DNA of 64,000 bases. Origin: a virus. The stretch covers positions 20,800 through 84,799 of IMG/VR virus record IMGVR_UViG_3300045993_000417. One strand, 5' to 3'. Position 1 is the first letter of the stretch. The number at the start of each line of letters is the position of its first letter. Both the position numbers and the translations under genes were made by a program. Shown here in pieces: positions 27,161 to 33,875 of the stretch. The notes below the pieces were generated by a model, which was given only the letters and a program-made list of their open reading frames with translations, did no database searches and had not been told where the DNA came from.

Positions 27161-27502
27161 CATAACGTGTTATGGTTTTCTTTTTAATTACAAAACCCTT
27201 GAAATACTAACTTAAACGTAAATACGATAAGTTTTTACCGATAGTAAATCAAGATCAGACTATATCATCATCTTCAGAAGTATTGCCTGAAGAGTTGGGC
27301 GCTCGTGTTCCTATTATTGCATAGACTGCTCAAGGATTAGTCGTTACACTTTCTTGCTACTTCAATGTCTTTTCGCAAGCTTAGCACGGGATTATGTGTA
27401 TTGGACACGTTTTCCCCGTTAGCAGGATTTCTCCTACACCTCAGTTGTCTGAGTTCACCCAATTTATTCACTACAGATCGCTCCGTAGGTCCACTCACTT
27501 TA
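27161..27502 (-). mobile_element. Group I intron (IA-like, 342 nt, no ORF)
   Basis: 5' exon ends in U (ATCCAT|) pairing with IGS GTGGA; terminal G; P10 GTGA/TCAC; P3 TTGGGTG/CGCCCAA; P7 GACTA/TAGTC with GATATAGTC; P8 TCTTCAG/CTGAAGA. Removal restores the frame and motif. Confidence 0.92.
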
Positions 27503-27964
27503 ATGGATATCCACGATAACACTAGTTCCATCGGGGATGTAAGCCCAGTCGTAACTAGCACTACCTTTAGAAACAGTCTGAGGGGGAACACCGATGTGGT
27601 ATCCACGCTCAGGATTATAAAGGACATGAATCATGGCCTCTACTTCTGATTTCTTTACTTCCATGACCTTCTTGAAGAAGGCGATGATTTGTTCCCAGAT
27701 CTCGTACTGAATCTTACCCGCTGGTAAAAAGGCAATTTCTTGCTTGGTCATTTCAGCAGGAATAACCTCAGACGCAGGACGAACGTACCCAGGGATGGAA
27801 TCCACTTTCAACCTAATGAAACGGTTCTCACCTCGGAATACGTGTCGCTTGAAAAACTCATCCTTTACTATGGTATAAATTTCTTTATACCCCTGTGCAA
27901 CTGCGTCCGTCTCTTCTTGAAGACTCGCACAGATGCAGCTAATGCTGGGCATTAATATTTGCAT
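27503..27964 (-). CDS. JAB/MPN metallopeptidase, exon 1
   Basis: LPAGKI..FF..SEVEAMIHVLYN..VPPQTVS..VIVDIH; AAGGAG RBS. Confidence 0.88.
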
Positions 27965-28003
27965 CCTCCACTCCTTAAGTTAAGCTACAGGTGTTACTAT
28001 ACT

Positions 28004-28032
28004 CTTATACCAAAAACTGCCGTTTTGTTTAA
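28004..28032 (-). promoter_or_regulatory. Internal minus-strand promoter for JAB-E1
   Basis: CTTATACCA at 28004-28012 and TTTAA at 28028-28032. Confidence 0.65.
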
Positions 28033-28835
28033 CGACGTAGGTGCTCGTATGGAAATGGTTTGTTATCTTTAGCCAAATCACGCAGGTGGTGATACCACTG
28101 TCTGGGCGAGCCAAACTTAACGATGTTCACCTTACTAGAGATACCTAGGTCATTACTGAACGGAGATTCCCATAGGAAGTTATAGTAGTAGTCAAGACCA
28201 CGTAGGTTGTTATCCACAAACCTAGCAGGCATCTTGTTACCACCATAACACATGTTACATGAGTCATATGAGTTGGTGAACGGCATAAGGGAAATACCCT
28301 TAGTGTGATCAACTCTAATGATTTGAACATCCGTTGGTAGTTTATTAACAGGAGAGTCCGTGACGGTGTAGTATGCGTTCGTGTTAACCCAGTCATTCTT
28401 CTCACGTTTGAGTTTGTGACTGATGATGATGTTAGGCACTACGATGTCGAACTTCTCCGTCTTACCTTCACCCATATACTGGAAAGGCTTAATACCTTCT
28501 CTGTAGTAGCAAGATATATCCAACTCAGTAGGTCCTACCGCTATGAAGAACGCACTGGTAGGAAGTGTCAATGTCAGTTTACTCTCTTTTGAAAGAGTGT
28601 TAGTGGCTTTGAGTACTGAGTTGATGAAGTCCTCATAGGACACGGTCTTGGTGATTCCACCAACCCCCTTAACCACTACGGAGTCGTCAAGTAGTACCAC
28701 TTCTTGTCCAGACACCTCTACCATTGCTAGCAAGGATCTCTCTAGATCAGAGAGTGAAGTTTCTTTGACCATTTTAGGAACAGCCTCTACCACCTCTACT
28801 TCTGGGCGTGAGCCCTCAATAAATATGTCGTTCAT
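28029..28835 (-). CDS. Prokaryotic E2-like protein (Prok-E2 family D / PRTRC protein B-like)
   Basis: MPFTNSYDSCNMCYGGNKMP..FLWESPFSNDL matches the PFxN..xCxG..FxxSxFxxDL pattern; context with E1, JAB and Ubl. Confidence 0.75.
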   Translation of the reverse strand: MNDIFIEGSRPEVEVVEAVPKMVKETSLSDLERSLLAMVEVSGQEVVLLDDSVVVKGVGGITKTVSYEDFINSVLKATNTLSKESKLTLTLPTSAFFIAVGPTELDISCYYREGIKPFQYMGEGKTEKFDIVVPNIIISHKLKREKNDWVNTNAYYTVTDSPVNKLPTDVQIIRVDHTKGISLMPFTNSYDSCNMCYGGNKMPARFVDNNLRGLDYYYNFLWESPFSNDLGISSKVNIVKFGSPRQWYHHLRDLAKDNKPFPYEHLRR

Positions 28836-29098
28836 TATACGAAATCCTCTGAGGAAAAATTGGAGTAATGTTTAGCTTTTTGGAGAGTACTAATCACGCT
28901 GTTAACTACGTTTCTCAAGTGGAGACTACTCTCAAACTTGAAAGTACTAGTAAGATCCTTAACACAAGAAATTACGTCTTCACGAGTCTCAATGTTCCTT
29001 ATTACGCAAGCGTCTTTCACTACCTGGATAGCATCGGTAGAAATGTCTGAAGCGTTGTTCAACTCTAAAGCCATATTAGACAACATAGGCATTTGCAT
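28835..29098 (-). CDS. Hypothetical protein in Ubl cassette
   Basis: 87 aa, coupled to the E2-like gene. Confidence 0.6.
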   Translation of the reverse strand: MQMPMLSNMALELNNASDISTDAIQVVKDACVIRNIETREDVISCVKDLTSTFKFESSLHLRNVVNSVISTLQKAKHYSNFSSEDFV

Positions 29099-29876
29099 TG
29101 TAGTGACCCTTTCTGCTTAGCGTTTTGATGACTTTAGGTATGTCATCAAAGAATGTGAATAGATTGAATGAGGAGCACTCTGGATGAGAGGAGTAGGTAT
29201 TTATTTGATTTTCAGCTGAGTTAAACTCGTATCTGTTTCCATCAGATTTATACCAAGATCCTAATTCTAATGTGAGGCGGATTGTAAATAGAATCTGGAT
29301 ATTCTCCGTTGTGGTAGTAGGTATGTCCCCGAATATGTCTGTTCTACGGAAGGTCTTAATACGTAGTGGGCATCCATTAATGGCACACTTGTGATTGATG
29401 TACCTAGCATACCTCTTTACGGTTGGGAAATCACAAGTATCATCGGTATCTTCCAAGAATGATGACACACTTTCAAAACTTAAGTTAATGTAGCTAGAGT
29501 TTTTATCACTTATATATCCATACTCTACTAGGTCACTATGAGGTATACTCTTAACCACTTTGAGTAGAGGTAGATCCAGATGGAACCTATTGTAGTGAAG
29601 CTCTATCTCCGCCTTCTCCATGAAGTCCATGTAGGGTACCTTCTTAAGGACTTGACCGTACAAAGAGGTATAGATCTTTTTAAAAAACTTCCTAGCGTTG
29701 GTTGAATTAACTCTGATGTCAGCCACTACCGTGGAGGAGCTGGGGATAATGCCATACTCCTTACTCTTAGAAGTAGTGAACTCTAGGAGCTTCTTGATTT
29801 TTGTTCCACTATACTCCGTTACTAAACTCGTCAAAGATGATAAGCTATTTTTTAGAAAAATCTTTACTGTTGCCAT
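29076..29876 (-). CDS. Hypothetical protein in Ubl cassette
   Basis: 266 aa, GAGGAG RBS. Confidence 0.7.
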   Translation of the reverse strand: MATVKIFLKNSLSSLTSLVTEYSGTKIKKLLEFTTSKSKEYGIIPSSSTVVADIRVNSTNARKFFKKIYTSLYGQVLKKVPYMDFMEKAEIELHYNRFHLDLPLLKVVKSIPHSDLVEYGYISDKNSSYINLSFESVSSFLEDTDDTCDFPTVKRYARYINHKCAINGCPLRIKTFRRTDIFGDIPTTTTENIQILFTIRLTLELGSWYKSDGNRYEFNSAENQINTYSSHPECSSFNLFTFFDDIPKVIKTLSRKGHYNANAYVV

Positions 29877-29896
29877 GATTGAATTCTCCTCTTACT

Positions 29897-29931
29897 AAAA
29901 AAAACGGGTCCAGCTGGACCCGAACCCGTTT
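29897..29931 (-). terminator. Intrinsic terminator directly after the Ubl gene
   Basis: CGGGTCCAGCTGGACCCG palindrome followed by T8 on the minus strand. Confidence 0.75.
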
Positions 29932-29950
29932 CTCTACCTGATACTAGGGA

Positions 29951-30166
29951 TTAACCCTTTGTACCTGTCTTTGGACGGAAGGTGATGACGCGAACTTGGC
30001 CAATGCCATCACGTGTCACGATTTCTTCCGAAGATTGATAGCCGGACAGACCTGGGATCTGGCTGGAATACGCTGCGATAACCTGAGAAACGCTCAATGA
30101 CCCAGGGACCTGGTACTCGGTATCAGTTGCGGTAATTACGATGTTTGTTTGGACGATCTCTGCCAT
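29951..30166 (-). CDS. Ubiquitin-like protein (Prok-Ub / PRTRC protein C-like)
   Basis: 71 aa, beta-grasp-compatible, C-terminus TFRPKTGTKG; AAGGA RBS. Confidence 0.85.
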   Translation of the reverse strand: MAEIVQTNIVITATDTEYQVPGSLSVSQVIAAYSSQIPGLSGYQSSEEIVTRDGIGQVRVITFRPKTGTKG

Positions 30167-30258
30167 TTTGATTCCTTTTTCGTTAACGATTTAAAAAGTA
30201 TGAGCTAAAAGGAAATGCTACTAGCCGGCTAATAACTATGCTTTTCCCGCTCAATACT

Positions 30259-30287
30259 GTTATACCACAGTATCACAATTTATTGAA
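30259..30287 (-). promoter_or_regulatory. Minus-strand promoter of the Ubl cassette
   Basis: GTTATACCA at 30259-30267 and TTGAA at 30283-30287. Confidence 0.65.
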
Positions 30288-30294
30288 AGTCGGG

Positions 30295-30323
30295 TTGACA
30301 CGTATGGTATGTTGAGTTAAGAT
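30295..30323 (+). promoter_or_regulatory. sigma70 promoter TTGACA-N17-TAAGAT
   Basis: Near-consensus; upstream of RHH-HNH-terminase. Confidence 0.75.
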
Positions 30324-30361
30324 ACGTATATCTGAACACATGTGATAACTGACCAAACAAA

Positions 30362-30496
30362 ATGATAAGAACTAACTTCTACTTCCCACAAGTAATGATT
30401 GACAGATTAAAGGCCGTCAAAGAGCGCACCGGCATACCTATGTCTGAGTTCATCCGTAGGGCTATTGAGCGTGCATTGACTGAGGCTGGGGTTTAG
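30362..30496 (+). CDS. Ribbon-helix-helix (CopG/Arc-like) DNA-binding protein, 44 aa
   Basis: MIRTNFYFPQVMIDRLKAVKERTGIPMSEFIRRAIERALTEAGV; below the ORF-track length cutoff. Confidence 0.8.
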   Translation: MIRTNFYFPQVMIDRLKAVKERTGIPMSEFIRRAIERALTEAGV

Positions 30497-30497
30497 C

Positions 30498-31151
30498 GTG
30501 GCTAACCTCAACTCCAGGGGCATCGACTTAGATACCCATAAGAAAATTTGTAATACATGTGCAGTAGAAAAGCTAGGCACTGAATTCAGCAAAGCATCCA
30601 ATAATAAAGATGGCCTTGTTTGTAAATGTAGGCCCTGTGTCAAAGAATGGGATAGAAAACATCGTGAGGCCAATCTGGAAGAGATTAAGGCTTACGATAG
30701 AGCTAGATATATAAGAGATAGAGAGAAAAGGTTAGCCCTATCTAAACATTGCAATAGCAAGCGTAAACCTATAAAAAAAATACAGGACGCTGTACGTTAT
30801 AACTTAAATAGAGAGGCGGCTTTATTAAGAGCAGCAGTTTATAAAAGGGAAAATAGGGGTAGGTATAATGCTTTAGGCAGAGCTAGAGAACTTAAAAAAA
30901 TCCAAGCCACGCCTTCATGGTCAGAAAGGGAAGAAATAATATCTCTGTATAACGAGGCCACTAGGCTGACGGTTGAAACAGGTATTCCTCATCATGTAGA
31001 TCATATTATACCCATCACCCACTCATTAGTTCAGGGCCTTCATGTACTAGCGAACTTGCGCATACTTACCGCTAAGAAAAACATAGAACGTGGAAATCGT
31101 ATAGACTTAGATAAATACGATCATTTTTTACCTAATGAATTACAACCATGA
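30498..31151 (+). CDS. HNH endonuclease with N-terminal Zn finger
   Basis: CNTC..CKCRPC; ATPSW; HHVDHIIPI..GLHVLANLRILTAKKN. Confidence 0.88.
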   Translation: MANLNSRGIDLDTHKKICNTCAVEKLGTEFSKASNNKDGLVCKCRPCVKEWDRKHREANLEEIKAYDRARYIRDREKRLALSKHCNSKRKPIKKIQDAVRYNLNREAALLRAAVYKRENRGRYNALGRARELKKIQATPSWSEREEIISLYNEATRLTVETGIPHHVDHIIPITHSLVQGLHVLANLRILTAKKNIERGNRIDLDKYDHFLPNELQP

Positions 31152-32815
31152 GTACTCCGTCTAGCCTTATAAAATTAAAACCTTCAGAGATAGCTAGGGC
31201 ACTACTACAGGTAAGGGGTAAGCCTTTAAATATGAAGGACTACCTTCCTATGGAGTTAATCTACGATATAGCCCCACAACAACTGGTTTTACGCGCTTCG
31301 AGGCAGATCGGGAAGTCATTAGGGCTAGGCGCTACAATCATAGCTCAATCTGTGATTAGACCTTTCTTTACTACTATGTTTATATCCCCCTTGAGTGGTC
31401 AAACTAGTAGGTTTTCTTCGGCATACCTGGACCCCTTTTTAGACAGTCCAGTACTGAAAAAACATTTCTTGGATAGCTCTTCTAAAAAGAACGTATTTGA
31501 AAAATCCCTAAATAACGGATCACGCATTTATCTCAGCTACGCAGAAACAGAATCCGATTCAAATCGCGTACGCGGGGCTTCCTGTGATCAGCTACTTTTA
31601 GATGAAGTACAGGACCTGCAGGGTTCAGCCTTACCAGTTCTATATGAAACACTATCAGCTTCTGAATTCGGATTTAAAAGGTTGGCTGGAACCAGTAAGA
31701 CTCTAAACAACACCCTAGAGATAGAATATAAAAAATCCTCGCAGTGTGAATGGATTTGTAAATGTGACCATTGTGGTAAATACAGTATCCCAATAGATTT
31801 TGAGACGTGCTTGAAGATGTCAGAAAACCCGCTAGGTCCAGGATGTGTGCACTGTGGTAAAGTATTAAACATGTCAACTGGTAGGTGGGCAGCGGCTAGG
31901 CCTGATGTTAAAAGCTACATCGGAATGCATCTCCCCCAGCTTATATTCCCAGTCCGTAATAGATTAGGAACCGCTGAAAAGCCTGGAAAATGGGAAGAGA
32001 TGCGAGCCAAAATATTCGGGGTAAATGGGTCACCAGGATACTCCATGCAGAAAGTAGCGAATGAGGTCTTCGGGTTGCCGTCGGGAGAGGGCGGCCGTAT
32101 CTTATCTCTTAAAGAGTGTATGGATTGTTGTAACTCAGAAAAAACAGAGTGGGACAAGGGGTTTCCTAGAGACTCTAGAAACATAGTGTGTACCGTACTG
32201 GGGGTAGATTGGTCCGTGTCAGGAAGTACTAAGTCTTACACAATAATTTCAGTGTTAGGATACGACTATAATGGTAAGTGTTACCTATTATACAGCCAAA
32301 AATTGGACGGGATTGATATCTTGCTCCAAGTAAAACGTGCTGAACAACTCTACTATGATTTTGAGTGTTCCTTCATTGGCTCAGATAGAGGGGTTGGAGT
32401 ACTACAAGGCCAGTTGTTTAAGCAGCATCTAGGGGAGAATAAGGTAGCTATGGTCAACTACGTAGCAGCTAAGGCTCAACTACGCTGGGATAAACAGGGT
32501 TTGTTCTATGCTGCAGACCGCACCATGAACATAGATACCGTTATTCTAAAGATGAAACTTGGTAGGGGAAGATTTGAGACACCGGCGTGGGGGCTAACTA
32601 ACCCATTCTGGCAGGATGCCCTTAACGTGTATGAGGAGGAATCTCAGTCCGGACGTAGACTATATAGACACGACCAAGACTTATGTGATGACTGGCTCCA
32701 TTCAATCGTATTCGCAAACGTAGCGTACATGGTACTTAAAGGTGACTTCGTTTATACTGACGAAACTCCTTCTCACTCTGATTCACTATTTGATATAGAC
32801 AATTTCATAGCGTAG
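31148..32815 (+). CDS. terL: Terminase large subunit
   Basis: Walker A RASRQIGKS, VRGASCDQLLLDEVQD Walker B, AGT coupling motif, CxxC pairs, nuclease LGVDW..SDRG..DDWLHS. Confidence 0.9.
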   Translation: MSTPSSLIKLKPSEIARALLQVRGKPLNMKDYLPMELIYDIAPQQLVLRASRQIGKSLGLGATIIAQSVIRPFFTTMFISPLSGQTSRFSSAYLDPFLDSPVLKKHFLDSSSKKNVFEKSLNNGSRIYLSYAETESDSNRVRGASCDQLLLDEVQDLQGSALPVLYETLSASEFGFKRLAGTSKTLNNTLEIEYKKSSQCEWICKCDHCGKYSIPIDFETCLKMSENPLGPGCVHCGKVLNMSTGRWAAARPDVKSYIGMHLPQLIFPVRNRLGTAEKPGKWEEMRAKIFGVNGSPGYSMQKVANEVFGLPSGEGGRILSLKECMDCCNSEKTEWDKGFPRDSRNIVCTVLGVDWSVSGSTKSYTIISVLGYDYNGKCYLLYSQKLDGIDILLQVKRAEQLYYDFECSFIGSDRGVGVLQGQLFKQHLGENKVAMVNYVAAKAQLRWDKQGLFYAADRTMNIDTVILKMKLGRGRFETPAWGLTNPFWQDALNVYEEESQSGRRLYRHDQDLCDDWLHSIVFANVAYMVLKGDFVYTDETPSHSDSLFDIDNFIA

Positions 32816-32857
32816 TGTTAACATACGCTTTTACACATAACCTAACCGGAGAAATAA

Positions 32858-33331
32858 ATGGGACTACCAGATTTTGAAACAACAAAGAAAGACGACGAAG
32901 TAATCGTAGAGAAACAAGAAGTTAAAGTTGAGGATAAACCAGCTAAGCCAGAGTACGACGAGAATGAACTACTGGCAATCTTCGATGAGATCATCTTCTC
33001 CGGAGAGTATACTGAGAAAGTGAGCATTCGTGGTAAGCTCAACATTACACTACGTACTCGCACTGCAGAAGAGGTATCTAAGATTACAAGTAAGATAGAC
33101 CTAACCCCTTCTAATCTAATCTCTACGGCGAATGAACGTAGAGCGTTGATGAACCTACATTTCGCTTTAGTAGAGTATCAGGGTAAAGACATTTCTAAGG
33201 CTAAGGCTGAAGATAGGGAGAAATTCATTAATAGCTTGCCTGCACCAGTCATTGGAACATTACTGATATCTCTTGATAGATTTGATAGGAAGGTATATAA
33301 AGCCTGTGAGGTGGGTGAAGAAAATTTTTAA
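32858..33331 (+). CDS. Tail assembly chaperone (gpG-like)
   Basis: Ends GEENF* on a slippery heptamer, upstream of the tape measure gene. Confidence 0.7.
   Translation: MGLPDFETTKKDDEVIVEKQEVKVEDKPAKPEYDENELLAIFDEIIFSGEYTEKVSIRGKLNITLRTRTAEEVSKITSKIDLTPSNLISTANERRALMNLHFALVEYQGKDISKAKAEDREKFINSLPAPVIGTLLISLDRFDRKVYKACEVGEENF
33322..33328 (+). other. -1 programmed frameshift heptamer A AAT TTT
   Basis: X XXY YYZ in the 0 frame; the -1 frame is open through to ORF 33400-33843. Confidence 0.75.
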
Positions 33332-33843
33332 AACACTCCTGGGCCATACATAGGCTCAGGCTTCATACCTCGGGAGTTGAGTTACCTAAGTTAGGGTCTA
33401 TGAGGGATAGGGTGTTTAGAGAGTTTTCTGTACGTGAAGCTAGGAAGGACATACATCACGTAAACATGCTGGCGCTAGTAGCGTCTTCTAACTTAAGATT
33501 TGAAGCAGGCCAAGAAGGTAAGGCTTCAGAGTGGTTAGCTAAGGTTAAGACGGTATTCACTAACTATAGTAGTTCGGCATTGGGTATAGAGCTTACACAG
33601 ACTGATACTCAAGAGATGGAGATGGCTGATGCGTACGGTAAATTTGTTAAGGGTCTAAGGCCTAAACTATCTAAAGATAGTAAGCACGGTGGTTTGGTTG
33701 TTACTGGTTTGGACAAACTCTTCCTTGCACACGGGGAAAAGCCTCCCCTACCAAGTGAGCCAGAGAAGGAGCAGAAACAGGACACTAAGAAGCCTGAACC
33801 TGCAAAAACTAAAAAACTGAGAACTAATTTAAGGCCCGACTAA
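33328..33843 (+). CDS. Tail assembly chaperone frameshift extension (gpT-like)
   Basis: The -1 frame reads LKHSWAIHRLRLHTSGVELPKLGS-MRDRVFREF.. without a stop. Confidence 0.65.
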   Translation, partial: LKHSWAIHRLRLHTSGVELPKLGSMRDRVFREFSVREARKDIHHVNMLALVASSNLRFEAGQEGKASEWLAKVKTVFTNYSSSALGIELTQTDTQEMEMADAYGKFVKGLRPKLSKDSKHGGLVVTGLDKLFLAHGEKPPLPSEPEKEQKQDTKKPEPAKTKKLRTNLRPD

Positions 33844-33860
33844 CGTCGGGCTTTTCTTTT
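33834..33860 (+). terminator. Intrinsic terminator
   Basis: GCCCGAC-TAAC-GTCGGGC-TTTTCTTTT. Confidence 0.8.
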
Positions 33861-33875
33861 AACTAAAATACAGCT

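Noticed and set aside
27161-27649. ATG 27163 as a real start, and ORFs 27337-27627 and 27365-27649
   Set aside because: That ATG is the intron's last 3 nt. The other ORFs overlap intron core and exon 1 and have no endonuclease motifs.
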